Position numbers and translations under genes: made by a program. The notes beneath the pieces are model-generated. The model was not told where the DNA came from and ran no database searches. It saw only the letters and a list, made by a program, of their open reading frames with translations. Shown piece by piece: positions 1-13,103 of a DNA stretch of 64,000 nucleotides (positions within the stretch are counted from its first letter, which is position 1; every line of letters begins with the position of its first letter). This stretch comes from Narcine bancroftii (Eukaryota): positions 96,782,001-96,846,000 of the forward strand of contig NC_091477.1 of NCBI RefSeq assembly GCF_036971445.1, read 5' to 3'.

Positions 1-439
1 ATGTCCTTTTTATGATTGTACCTTCTGGTTAATATTGCTGTTTTTCATTCTTTCTACCAAAATCTAACACCCCCATTTGTAAAACAGTAACTTTCATCAA
101 CAATATCTTTACCCATTCCATGACCTTACCTAGTTCTTCTTAAACTCTATTGCTATCCTCTCAGATTATACCTCCACATTGAATGTCATCTGCAAATTTT
201 GGAACTCATCCAATCATTAATATAGATTGCATATAAATATAATTATTGAATGCATATGAACCAGAAAGAATAGCAAGGCTGTTGTGGTTTGGCAAATACA
301 GAAAACTGGCTCCAAGACTCTATTCCAGTTTCAGCGATCCAGCTAAATGGTCTTATTTCCATCAGGGAAGACAAAGATGCTGCTGGTTCTGGAATGACTT
401 GAGGATGGGTTTGGGGGGTGGGTGGGGGGGGGAGTCGTC

Positions 440-2360
440 CTGTTCATTTACATCAATGAAAACTGGTGCACAAATTTCTCTGATGTAAGAACCTTCTGCT
501 TAGCTGAAATAGAGTACCTGATGGTGAAATGCAACCCTTCTACCTGCCCAGGGAACTTACTGCCATGCTGATTAATGCTGTTTACATTATGTCCAAGGTG
601 AATGAAGGTAAAATAATGAAAGAACTTTATGATGCCACCTGAGAAGTCCAGATTTCCCACACTGACAGTGGCATGGTTGTAGCTGGTGACTTTAATCACA
701 CCAACCTGAAAGCAAATCGATCATGGTTTAACAGTATGCATCTTTGCTGCCAGAAAACATCCTGGATTGAATGTACACCACCTTGGATATTTGGATCATA
801 CATCAGTCCTGCTAACTCCGGCATATACACTGCTGGCCATGCGAATGAGGCCACTTCACAGGGAGATTAGGACGTGACCAGTGGGGGCATTGCAATGTTA
901 CAGGATGGCTATGAGACCATCGACTGGAGCTGTTTCAGGGAAGCGACCACTTACAACAGTCACGCTAATATTGAGGAGTACACAAGCTCAGTGACTGGCT
1001 ACATCAGAAAATGCATTGAGGATGTCACCGGGATCAAATGCTTCACAACCAGGGCTAACCAGAAACTATGATTGAATGCAGAGATCTGGGCTCTTCTCAA
1101 ACCTCATGATGCTGCTTTCAGGACAGGAGACAACTTGGCAGTAAGATCAGCCAGGGCGGAACTCTCCTGTGCAATCCAGAAGGCAAAGCATGGGTATGCA
1201 AGGAAGATTAGAAACACGAGGTGCATGTGGCAAGGGATCAAAAACAGACCCCAAAACAACCTTGCGAGTCAAAGACAATGACACCTCCCTTCTGGAGACA
1301 GATCATCTGTGTATGGTTCGACGACAAGAATAGGCAGAGGCCAAAGAAAGCTCCTTTACCCCCTGATGAATGAATCCCTACATAGCCGTGGCTGAGGTGA
1401 GGAGATCCCAATTCAAGATCAATCCACACAAGGCAGCGGGACCAGACAACATAACCTAGTCAGCTACTAAAGCACTATGCAGTCCAATTGACAGAGGTCC
1501 TTACAACTTCAACATGTCACTGCAGCAATCCATCATCCATGTGGGTTTCAAGACAGGAGCGATCATCCCAGTACCAAAGAGGACAACTGTAACAGGCCCC
1601 AATGACTTCCACCCAGTGAAATGCTTCAAGCATCTGGTTATGAAACACATCAAAGCACACCTCCCAGAGACACTGGACCCATTTAAATTCACCTTCAGAC
1701 AGAACTATTCTACTGATGATGCTATAGCCTTGTCTCTCCACTCAGTCCTGACTCACCTGGAGAACATAGCTGTTCATTAACTTCAGCTCTGCATTTAATA
1801 TGATCATTCTCCAGAGTCTGGTGGAGACGTTGTCCTTGCTGGGTCTCAACAACCCTCTCTGTAACTGGATTGTGGACTTCCTAACAGAAAACCACAGTCC
1901 ATCTGGGATGGCAGCAGAACATCGAACACTGTCACACTGAGCACCTCAGATCTCACTCTGGTTATGCTACTGACCCACAACTGCCTTGCCAGATAAAGCT
2001 CCAAGTCAAGTTTTCAGGTGTCATGACGGGTAGTTGGCCTCATGAGCAACAACGATAAGTCACACTACAGAGGTGGAAGATCTCATGAAATAGTGCGAGA
2101 ATAACAACCCAAAACTCAACATGATGATTGTGTACTTCAGGAGGACCAGGGACAACCATCCTCCACTACACACTAATAGCTCTGTAGCAGAGAAAGAGAG
2201 CACCAAGTTGCTCAGAGCCCACTTAAGAAGTGACCTATCCTAGACACAAAACATCTCCTCATCTGTGAGGAAGGTGCACACTAAGGCAGAAAAGGCTACA
2301 AGCCACTACCTTTCTACAGGAGCTCTATTGAGAGCATACTGGCTGGCTGCATCATAGAGC
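440..2360 (+). mobile_element. Degraded Rex1/Babar-like non-LTR retrotransposon (APE and RT remnants)
   Basis: Frameshifted peptides YLPRE, VVAGDFNHTNLK, LQDGYETIDW, IIPVPK, STDDAIALSLHSVLTHLE. Confidence 0.8.
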
Positions 2361-3966
2361 AAAATGCCAGTTCTGTTCGATTTTATGTACTTTACATGTG
2401 GAATTCTGCCATTATTAAATTGTGAGTTGAAACATTAAAAAAAAAATTAGGGGCCTGAAGTGAATCAGAGTTTGAAATAGAAATGTCATCCAACAGATCG
2501 TACCATTGGCTACAATTAAGATACCAAGTACAATCATGAAGTGGTCACAGTCAGCCATAAATTTATAAATGCACTTGTTTAATTTTTATCATCTATCTAT
2601 CATGTCAATGTGAAAGGCTCAATTTGAATAGCTTTTATATAAGACATAAAACAGATATTTCTCTTCCACATAAAATCCAGCAGAGCAAAATATAACAATG
2701 AGCATAATGATAGAAAAGTTCAGTACAATTTTACATCCATAAAAATTATAAAAAATAAACTATAATTTGATAAAGAATATTCATTAAATGCTCGCATTTA
2801 ATAAAAAAGATCTCTTGACTCTGATTTGTACAGGTAGTCTCGGCAGCCAAGTGAAAAGGGATGCACTTTTTAAACTCTTTTTCATAATACAATTTACATA
2901 TTCACTTGTTATTAATCCAAGCTCAGCAAACCACCTCAGGACAAATTATTTGCCCAAGACTTTCAAAGGATATTATCCATCAAATTCTGAAACTCATTTT
3001 AATTGATTTGCAAAAGGATAGCATTTTATTTTTCCACAATATTAAACTTTTAAAATTATTCTTAAGTGAATTATTTTCATAAGGTTTTAGTATTGTGAAA
3101 CATTGTTAAAAGGAGAATATCACTTAACATTTTAAAAATGTTTCAAGATGAAAAATTAACAACAGCAATAACATCCTTTATTTTTTTTGCTGTTGACCAT
3201 TTAAAGTTTAAATAGTGCATGCTGACGATGCCAGTGGTGGCTAAAATAATGATCAAGGAGCTCAATTATAAATTTTGTATATGTATGCACTGTAGTTTAT
3301 ACAGTCTAGGAATCCTCAAACTTTTGCTAATTAGTAACATTATGAAGGTCATTAAGTCCTCATCAAGTCCTCCGAATAATTATCGGAAATAAAGATAACT
3401 TAAATGGACATTAATCTGTTATGGTATTTTTTAACCTTAAGAATTCTGCAGAGAGCCTGATAAGTGAGATTCTCTTTGTAACAATAGTCAACAATAAAGG
3501 AATGATCAAAGTTGAACATTTATTAGAATATCACCTTCTGAATTGACTTCAAAAGACCATATATATTATGGAACAAAAATAAATATATTAAAATAAACTA
3601 AATTAGAATGACATTAAAATTACAATAATGGGACATTTTGTTGGAAAAATTTTGGAAGAAAAACAAATATTAATATCACTCAAACACTTCCAAATCATTT
3701 CTAAAAGCATTATAGGACCAGTTATACATTCCCTTTCATGGATAAAAAATAACAAAACAATTAACTGATGTCTTCTAAAACTCTAACTACATTAAATAAA
3801 TATTAAGCAAACACAAAATACATTTTGATGTTAAACAAATGAATTTTAATAAAAAATGGCCTCAATAATTTATTTAATTTTAATATCCTCTATAGATATT
3901 GTGAATGGAAAATGGACAAACATAAGCATTTGCTTTAAGTTTCAAGATGTGCACATTTTCAAACCT

Positions 3967-4175
3967 TCAGACATATCCAAGATTTTCCAACTCACTGCGG
4001 TATCGCTGCTCTGACACTTTGCATTTATGCAGTTTGCTTTCAAGGTGCAACCTAAATTCTTGTTCCTCACTGGCTCCAATATTACACATGGAACAATAGA
4101 ACTGTCCACTTGGTGTCACGCACATTGCTAGGTCACGTGGAATCCGTTGCCGGGAACGTGGATTAAAATAAGGAC
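3967..4175 (-). CDS. ZMAT3: ZMAT3 last coding exon (third zinc finger and stop)
   Basis: Acceptor tttatacag|GT. Translates (G)PYFNPRSRQRIPRDLAMCVTPSGQFYCSMCNIGASEEQEFRLHLESKLHKCKVSEQRYRSELENLGYV*, matching the C-terminus of vertebrate ZMAT3/Wig-1. Phase-1 start fits the previous exon. Confidence 0.97.
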
Positions 4176-4219
4176 CTGTATAAATATAAAATATTATATA
4201 CATACTGTACACAAACGTG

Positions 4220-4470
4220 CTCTAGTTCTTTTCTCACCTAACCTCAGTAGAGAAAGTCTGCTTGTATTAACTTGATCTATACCCTTCATAATTGTCCATA
4301 CCTTTCTCAAATCTCTCCTCATTCTCTGAAACTCGAGGGAATAAAGTCTGAACCATTTAACCTTTCCTTGTAACTCAGCTCCTCAAGACCTGGAAACATC
4401 CTTGCAAATCTTCTCTCGACTCTTTCAATCTTATTGAAATCTTTTCTGTAATTGGGTGACCAAATGGCAC
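4220..4470 (-). mobile_element. CR1-like LINE 3' fragment
   Basis: Similar to 46800-47060 and 63500-63760 (aaatcttctctgcactctttcaatcttattga motif). Confidence 0.65.
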
Positions 4471-4523
4471 AGAATAAGTGAGCCTTCAGCTTCAAAAGAG
4501 ATTATTAAGAAAGGTGAGAAAAA

Positions 4524-5695
4524 TCAGGATTTATTGTAATGAACAAATTATGAAATTTGGTGTTTGCAGCAGATTCATAGAGCAAACATACACATTATAA
4601 CCATCTCATGACATCACTATAAAAAATAAAATAAAAATAATAACAATAACAGTGGACGAAAAGTCAGGCAGTGTCTTTGTTCCCTAATTATTCAGGAATC
4701 TGATGGCAGTGGGAAAGAAGCTGTCCTTGTGCCGCTGAGTGCTCATCTTTCGGCTCCTGTACCTTTTCCCTGGTGGTAGCAGAGCGAAGAGGGCATAGCC
4801 TGGGTGGTTGGAATCTTTGAGGATGGAGGCTGGTTTTTTAAGATACCACCTCATGTAGATGTCCTCAATGAAGTCTGGTGCCTCTGATGTCACAGGCTGA
4901 GTTAACAATACTCTGGAATTCATACTTGTTCTGAGAATTGGCACTTCCATATCAGGCAGTGATCCAACCAGCCAGAATCCTCTCCGTGGTACACCTGTAG
5001 AAGCTTACAAGAGTCTTCGGTTTCATACTGAACTGCCTCAAACACCTCACAAAGTATAGCCGCTGGACAGGTCAGGTCTTCAGAGATATTGACATCCAGG
5101 AATTTGATGTTCTTCACACACTCCGCTACTGAGCCCTCGATGAGGACTGGGTCGTGTTTCCCCAACTTCCTCCTCAAGTCTACAATCGTCTCCTTGATTT
5201 TGCTGACGTTGAGCGCAAGGTTGTTGTCGTTGCACCATTCTATAAGATGATCCATCTCCCTCCTGTACGTTTCCTCATTGCTGTTTGTGATTCTCTGACA
5301 ACTGTGGTGTCATCGGTAAACTTGTAGATGGCATTGGAATTGTGCCCGGCCACACAGGTCTGGGTGTATAACAAGCAGCACCCTAAGGATGCTAAGTATG
5401 CATCCTTGGGGTGCACCTGTGTTGCTGATCAGTGAGGAGGAGGCATTGTTTTCAATTTGTACTGACTGTGGTCTTCTAATGAGAGTCAAGGATCCAATTG
5501 CAGAGGCCTCGAGTTTGTAGCTTCTTGACCAGCACTAAAGGAATAATGGCATTGAAGGCTGAGCTGTAGTCTATGAAGAGCAGCTGTATGAATGAATTGC
5601 TGTTTTCAAGGTGATCCAAAGCTGAGTGGAGAGACAGTGATATTGCAACTACTGTGGAGCAACTGTGACAATAGGTAAATTGCAGTGGGTTGTAT
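4524..5695 (-). mobile_element. Rex/Babar-like LINE, 3' half
   Basis: ORF pieces LLFIDYSSAFNAII, WCNDNNLALNVSKIKETIVD, HPGYALFALLPPGKRYRS...SFFPTAIR. Confidence 0.85.
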
Positions 5696-6365
5696 GTAAA
5701 ATCAGACATGGAATACAAGTTGCTTATTTTTAAAATTGTGTCAGTATTTCTCTAAATGACCAACGGTTTTACAATTACCTCTATTGTCAAAGAAGTTTCC
5801 TCTACTCTGGCCATTTGGCAACAAATGAAACATAATAGACTGGGACTGAATTTTGTCTTTGGCTGCTAATGCTAAGGTATAGTGAGTGCTATAATATCCA
5901 CTGCACATCGTACTTCTCTTTCAATTTTTCATTCTATTTAAGTTGATGAAATAAATACCAGGAAATGTCTAAAACTATTTATTGCTAAAAAGATATTTCC
6001 ATTGCCAGTCAATAAATTACTATTCTGATCCCATTTTATTTTTAAAAGTTGTAACTGACCTTTTTCTAAAGGGAATACATTGACTTCATAACAATGCTAA
6101 TATAATCCAAAGGACAATGCCCTTTCCTTCAAGACTAAAGGCCAAGGATTCCTTCAGAGATTTGGGCAAACAAGGTTGGGTGGCACTTCAATACAAAGAA
6201 GTGGAAGTTAGGCTGAAATATAAACTGATGGCTCCCTTCTCAAAGTGAAAGATCTCATGGAAGAAAAGGAAGTGTTCTCTTGACATCCTGCAAACATTTA
6301 TTTCATTGTTGTACATTGTTAATATGTTAAATATTTGCCACATAATAAACAAAATCATTGCATAC

Positions 6366-6466
6366 CTAGAGTATTTTGAACTCCATGCAGATTGCGACGA
6401 TTTGGCACTACTTTAAAAGCATTCCCTTCTTTCCTTTGTTTCCTCTTTGTGAGTTCTGTTGCATCT
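6366..6466 (-). CDS. ZMAT3: ZMAT3 internal coding exon (basic NLS-like linker)
   Basis: Not in the ORF track. ctgcag|A...CTAG|gtatg, 101 nt, phase 2/1. Translates DATELTKRKQRKEGNAFKVVPNRRNLHGVQNTL, similar to human QRRARKEGNEFKMMPNRRN. Confidence 0.93.
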
Positions 6467-7043
6467 CTGCAGGATAATAATTCTTTGTTAGTCAGTTTAA
6501 TGATCATATGATTTCCTTAACTGTTTTATAGCTTTTTAAAGTGATCTCGCAACCACCATACCTTCTGGTGTACACAATTCCAATTTCAATAATTTGGTGT
6601 CATTATTTTCAATGCATATCTTATTTTGAAAAAACATTTTTTTTTTACGTGGGCTAAAAAGTTAGGGAAGCCCTGGCCCAATGGAAAGTGAAGGATGAAT
6701 TGAAACTGGACCAGATGTAATCCCTGGTGGAGTCCTCAATGCCTGTGCAGCAGAAGTATTCGCAGGCATTTTCAACCTCTCTCTCCTTGCCTGAATGGTC
6801 ATGGGAATAAGGTTCAGAAGAGCTGGATAGCAAGAACTGAATGGGAACACATGAACCAAGGTGAAGCACAAATTGGAACTGTGACAAATGCACTCCCTTT
6901 TGATTGTGGAAAACAACTTGAACAGGTGCTAGGAGCTTTCAATCTACTCCTGAAATATGCATTTACCAAGAGCATTCTATTTGCAAAATGCAAAGATCTT
7001 TTTCAGAATTTATCTAAAACTGCTGAACACCGGGTTATGTTCC

Positions 7044-7261
7044 CGATGGTCTATTCCCAAGAAGACACACTGAAACAAATACCAATTCCTGCTGAACAAT
7101 TATCAGCTCATTAAAAGATGCTCTAGGCCAGGGGTGGGCAACCTTCAACCTGCGATGGTCTATTCCCAAGAAGACACACTGAAACAAATACCAATTCCTG
7201 CTGAACAATTATCAGCTCATTAAAAGATGCTCTAGGCCAGGGGTGGGCAACCTTCAACCTG
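7044..7261. repeat. 109-bp tandem duplication
   Basis: 7044-7152 and 7153-7261 read identical (cgatggtctattcccaagaag...gggcaaccttcaacctg). Confidence 0.9.
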
Positions 7262-7790
7262 TGATCTCATGTGTGCAGGGCAAGGAGATATTAATAAATA
7301 TCTGGGTGGCGTGTTGTCCAGTGAGTGCAGAACAGAGCAGGGGGCACGGGACACTTTTAGAGGGGAATTAAGTGGCTCAACACAAATGGTCGCTGAAGCC
7401 CACGTTGGTTTTAACAAGCACTGCAGGGCTTGCAGAGGGGAGGTAACTCGGAAGTTTCCTCCCTTCGCAGCCAATGCCCTTGATCCAAGGGGTGCGCGGT
7501 GCATCTGTCAAAAGGGGCACTGGTCCAGGGAAAAGAGCCACCAGGAAACCTCATGGGAAGCACGGCCTTGAACAGCAACAAGAAGGGGTGATAAAGAGGA
7601 ATAAGTGGCACATGTTGTGCCTAAACATCCCAGTAGGTGAATGTCATTGCTGCTGTTGTCGCCGCCTAAACGGTGGGGGCTGAACAGGGAGGGGGAGTGA
7701 ATGAGAGCCGTGGGCAAGGGAGGAAGGGCCAAGCCGATTGCTGTGCAGCTGTGAGCTCACCTTAATAAAGTTATTGCAGGGGAAAGATAA
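7238..7790. mobile_element. Probable non-autonomous hAT fragment
   Basis: Begins with caggggtgggcaacct, a typical hAT terminus, followed by a GC-richer interior. No right TIR found. Confidence 0.4.
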
Positions 7791-9244
7791 ATGCACCAAA
7801 CACCAACTCAACCTTAAAGCCATCTTTGCTGGAGTGAATTAAATGCTCGGCCAACTGCTTAACATCAAATATCGACAGGTCAAACCCCTAACTAAATCGG
7901 CTTTATTAGAGTTAAACGCACATAAACATAGTGTAAGGTCAATCTTAAAAAGAACAAGATTAGTATCAATTTGAGCCCTTCCTGCTATTGCACATTGAGG
8001 AGCTAGAAACAGTCTAAAAAAAAAATCCCAAGACCATTTGCTCAAGGAAACTAAAGAAAAACTCATGTCAAGCTCACATAATGCAAGTGAAATCACATTG
8101 CTTGCTTTAGGAATTGTGACACAAAAGCTATGTATGTATGTATGTTTTATAAATATAGTAATATTTATAAAATTAAAAATGTATAATGATAAAACAAGCC
8201 TTCTAAAGCATCTAATATCTTTCTTCACACTGTATAGTCTCTTGTCATTTGACATGCATACAGAAAGAGGACCAAGATCAAAAATTAAAAAAAATGCATT
8301 TTCAGCACAGAGTACCCATTCTGTTTACACTTAAAAATTCAAGTTCTGAATTTGTTATTGGAATTTAAATTATTAATTATTGTCAATCTATAAATGTTGT
8401 GCCACATGATACAAATTAAATATATTTTGCGAATTGTTTTTGACTAGGTCTATAGGCTTCATTATCTCTATTAAAATTAAACTTGTGTCAATTAAGAAAA
8501 ATTATGAGGTTAATTGACATAGGAACTTGTTCATATATACAGACATCCATACTCCTGGAGGTTCTTCCCAGAACATTGGCCATGGATTTGCTCACCCCAC
8601 ATTGTGCATATCTTTCTAAATTCTGTGTATCTGGCAGATGTGAAAAGACACATTTGAGTAGTGAAGATTCATTGAAATCGTTTTTTAAATATTATTTGTG
8701 TGATACAGATTTTGCTGGTATGGCTTCAGTTTATTGACCAACCACATTGCAGAACATACTGTAACCCAAAAATAATCTTGGGCACTGCCTCAAAGAAATT
8801 CGACCTTTTAGGAGTTAATTTCTGGAATCTTCATGATAGAGGTTTAAGACAATATTCCAAAATGAGAAATAAATCAAAGATTCATAAATTGGACACAGCA
8901 AAAAAAAAAGCAGAAAATATTTAATTGTTTATTTTCCCTCCTGGATAGTATTAAAACTCAGATGTTGCTGCTAGTAATATATGCTTGGAGGGAGGTCAAA
9001 TGAAAACATTTTCCAAAGAGGCACTGTTCTAAAGATTGGTGGCAGATTGGGTGATGGCCTTTACTAGAATATGAACACCTGAAGGAATAAACTCCAGGTC
9101 TATGGACCCAAAAGAAGCAACGTACTTAGAAATCAAACATTGAAACAAAATTTAATTGTTTTTTTTTGTTTAGAAATGAACTATCCACATTATCAAAATT
9201 ATGATACTAAAAAAAAAACTGTCATAGATTTTTAGCATACATAC

Positions 9245-9414
9245 AAAAGTGAATTTGTTTTCTGAGCTTCTGCCAGCCGCAGCCTCTTTGCATGGTTCTT
9301 TCCTTGATAATGTGCTTGTGCCACAGCAGGAGAGCTAAAAGAGGCATCACAGAGTTTGCAGTAATCATTTGCTGTGGCCAAAATCACACGACTTGCCGAC
9401 TTGGAGGACCCTGA
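9245..9414 (-). CDS. ZMAT3: ZMAT3 coding exon (second zinc finger)
   Basis: ccactcag|TCA...CTTTT|gtatgt, 170 nt, phase 0/2. Translates SGSSKSASRVILATANDYCKLCDASFSSPAVAQAHYQGKNHAKRLRLAEAQKTNSL. Confidence 0.96.
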
Positions 9415-10425
9415 CTGAGTGGAAAATAAGATATAAATAATCAAAATAAAGGAGGCAACTTGTTTTGTAGACTGCAGAGTATCTTGTAAACAAAGGAATA
9501 ACCAGAAACTTGTTTTTTTCCTTGTATATAACAGATAACAAAGACAAAAAGGCAACGTTCAAGTATTCTAATGATTTTAAAACCAGAATTTTTGTGGAAT
9601 TATATACCATGTGTCAAATACAGGCATTGCTGCAAAGAAGATGCTTTGGGTCCAGGAATTCTGAGAGACTTGTTTAAAAACTGCTCCACGTACATCTTCT
9701 TGGCATCTAGACAGGGCTGTTTTCTACTTGAACGTAAATGTCAAAGTCACTCTTAGCTAAAATGCTTTGGTTTAGAATTTTAGCCACACATTGCAGCAAT
9801 GTTACACTAAGCACAGATTTTCTTTACAATGTTATTTTAGGTCAAACTAAGTAATCAATGTTGTTGTGCATCACTAGGGCAGCATTGATTGTTAGCATTC
9901 ACATTCTGTACATTCAACAGTCCATATTAATGAATGAATGTGGAAAATGCTTTTGGCATAATAAGCTACCAGTTAACATCCCAGGAATTCATATTTAAAG
10001 GATATTATATTTCCTGGTGGAGAATGCAAAATAATCATGTCCAATGGCAGATCTGTTGGATACAAATTCTAAGACTGCTATTGTGCCATTATGGTTTAAA
10101 AGGAAGTTAGTCAAGGTAATCACAAATCAGTCAGCTCAACATCAGTGGTAGATAAATGTTTCTTTTACTCTCTTTAATCAGCCATGATTCATAAAAAAAA
10201 TTCATGTTAACTGTTCTTGATTAATTTAAAAAAGTCATTTCTGTTTTATTCTCAGAATTGATTCCAATAGTTTATCTATCAGCAAAATTAAACTATCTGG
10301 CCTGTAGTTCCTCCCTTTTTGAACAGTCATACAATATGATTGGTTCCCCAGTCCTTGGTATCTCTTCTGTGATCAGATAGAATTTAAAAAAAATGGTCAA
10401 AATCTCTGCAATTTCCCCTCTTGCA

Positions 10426-10512
10426 AACCTGCCATATGTTTCATTCAACCTGCCATACATGTTTCATTCAACCTGCTATATGTTTCATTCAACCTGCTAT
10501 ATGTTTCATTCA
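10426..10512. repeat. 21-bp tandem repeat, about 4 copies
   Basis: aacctgc(c/t)atatgtttcattc repeated; it produces the MFHSTCY repeats in the ORF track. Confidence 0.85.
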
Positions 10513-11313
10513 AGTCTAGCAATTTATCCCCTTTCAGTCAAACTGAACTACCTAGCACTTAGTGTCTTACTCTGTCTATCCCATTACACATATTCTCCTG
10601 AAGTACAAAATTACATTGTCCCCTCTGGTGTGAAGAAAGCAACAATGTACTCACCAAGAAACTGGCACATTTACTCTACCTATACAAAAAAAAACCCATG
10701 CTATTTTCTTGCTCTTTGCACTCTTAGCAAACATTTTTGCATTGCCATTAAAGTTCACTCTTCTTTTTCATGCCTTGTTACACTTTCATAACTTTGCTTT
10801 TACTTTCACCCTTACATCTTCTATCTTCTTTGAGGAATAAGCTCTCTGTATCTGATACTTTTTTACCCCCCCCCCCCCCTCCTTGGCTTTGAAATCCAGT
10901 GGGTTCGAGATTAGTCAACTATATGGCATTTTGCAAATGAGCAGTTACATTGAGGTCCAGTTTGTTCTCTTGGATCACCATTGGAGATTCTATGATGATA
11001 TATGAAGAACCATATTCATAAGCCAACATTATCAAAAAATAGTTCATTGTTTCTTCTGGACACCTTGCTTTACACAAGAACATGTTATTTGTTAGCATTA
11101 GATTTTGGTGTAAACACAACAGATCTGTCTTGGATGTGAGACAGCAGTAGTGCAAGGTAAATATGAATGGCTGTTTCACATCTGTATCTCATCACACTAT
11201 TTAAAATCCCAAATACTTTAGATAATTTAAACACGTGCTATTAGATTGGTTCTGTAGTGGCTTGGAACTCAGAGAATACGTATCGTGTTTTTTTCAATAT
11301 ATATATAAAAATA

Positions 11314-12516
11314 CTTTTTTTAAGGTTTGCCTGGAAGTTTCCTCTCACTTCGTCTAACTGCAAGTTTCCAACATTGAACCTCTCTCTGGGGGCTTTACTG
11401 TTCCTGGACTTTGGCTTGAAGTGAAGATTGAGCTTGCAGCGAACAAGCCGGTGGTCAGTGTGGCATTCCGTGCTGGGCATGACCCTGGTGTGGAGCACAT
11501 CTCGTTTGTCTCTTTCTTGCACCAGGACGTAGTCCAGGAGGTGCCAGGATGCACCAAGGTAGTCTTCAGGCTGTCCCTCTGCTGAAAAAGGGTGTTTGTA
11601 ATGACAAGCCGCTGTTCTGCGCAGAGCTCCAACAGGAGGCGCCCGTTGTCGTTGCACTTGCCGACACCATGCTTGCCCAGGATTCCTGGCCAGGTTTCTG
11701 AGTCTTTGCCGACGCAAGCGTTGAAGTCGCCAAGGATGACAACCTTGTCGGCTGTAGGGGTGCGTTGAATGAGGTTGCGCAGATCAGTGTAGAACTTGTC
11801 CTTTTCTGCTTGTTCCGCTTGGAGGGTTGGAGCATAGACACTGATGAGAGTGATGCGACGCTTGTTTTGAAGGGGGAAATCGCATGGACGTGATCCGGTC
11901 CGAGTGGCCTGTCGGGAGGTTTTCTAGTTTGGAGGCAATGGAGTTCCTCTACCGGCATCACCTACGGCTCCTAGAACGCTTCCACCAGCATTGTCTCCGC
12001 TCCATCCTCAACATTCATTGGAGCGACTTCATCACCAACATCGAAGTACTCGAGATGGCAGAGGCTGACAGCATCGAATCCATGCTGCTGAAGATCCAAC
12101 TGCGCTGGGTAGGTCACGTCTCCAGAATGGAGGACCATCACCTTCCCAAGATCGTGCTATATGGCGAGCTCTCCACTGGCCACCGAGACAGAGATGTACC
12201 AAAGAAGAGGTACAAGGACTGCCTAAAGAAATCTCTTGGTGCCTGCCACATTGACCACTGCCAGTGGGCTGATATCGCCTCAAACCATGCATCTTGGCGC
12301 CTCACAGTTCGGCGGGCAGCAACCTCCTTTGAAGAAGACCGCAGAGCCCACCTCACTGACAAAAGACAAAGGAGGAAAAACCCAACACCCAACCCCAATC
12401 AACCAATTTTCCCTTGCAACCGTGTCTGCCTGTCCTGCATCGGACTTGTCAGCCACAAACGAGCCTGCAGCTGACGTGGACATTACCCCTCCATGTCCGC
12501 GAAGCCAAGCCAAAGA
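11314..12516. mobile_element. RTE-clade LINE insertion with an inverted 5' segment
   Basis: 11314-11942 (minus) encodes APE endonuclease (SVYAPT, ILGDFNA, VITNTLF, TDHRLV). 11944-12516 (plus) encodes the RTE C-terminus (QLRWVGHVSRM...C2HC tail). Flanked by the direct repeat atataaaaata at 11303-11313 and 12517-12527. Confidence 0.9.
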
Positions 12517-12674
12517 ATATAAAAATAACTACACTAAGTACGAGAAAGATAAATATACAAACAGAATTAATTAATATAGCTTAAGTTCAGCTATACTACT
12601 ACAGAAATTATCAAGACACCTAACAGTTGTAATATTCAAGACATTGCTTCAATACCAACATACACTTACAATAC

Positions 12675-12788
12675 CTGGGATGCTGGAGGATGTGTGGCTG
12701 CCTGATCAACAGAGTGAGTCATTTTGAAAGTAGACACACATTGATGTCCAGCATAATAATTACGAAGTTTCTTGGAGTGGTTTTTACC
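12675..12788 (-). CDS. ZMAT3: ZMAT3 coding exon (end of first zinc finger)
   Basis: Not in the ORF track. ttttag|GGT...CAG|gtattg, 114 nt, phase 0/0. Translates GKNHSKKLRNYYAGHQCVSTFKMTHSVDQAATHPPASQ (human GKNHGKKLRNYYA). Confidence 0.93.
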
Positions 12789-12887
12789 CTAAAATAAAAA
12801 TTATTAAATTAATTATTTCAGCAGTGAATATATCTACATTTCGCATGATGGGATCAAGATGCCAAAGAATATTTCCAATAAACAGAT

Positions 12888-13092
12888 ACAGTAAAATCCG
12901 TTATCCAGAATTCAAGTAACTGACACCCTCAAGCAACTGGGAAAAAAAAAAATCACAGAAAATAAATACCAATAGGTAAAAAAATAGTTTAAAAAATGGC
13001 ACCCCCAACTAGTCAGTTTGCCAATCCACACAACAGGCAATCTCAAGCAACTGACAAATTCACTGATCCAGCATCTACCAATCCCCATAGGT
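12888..13092. mobile_element. Tigger/pogo-like MITE fragment
   Basis: Starts tacagtaaaatcc. The interior is the reverse complement of the element at 26593-28044. Confidence 0.6.
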
Positions 13093-13103
13093 AATTATTA
13101 TTT

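Noticed and set aside
2360-3966. Exact ZMAT3 polyadenylation site and 3' UTR elements
   Set aside because: The region is probably 3' UTR, but several AATAAA/ATTAAA candidates lie on the minus strand in very AT-rich sequence and cannot be ranked without transcript data.
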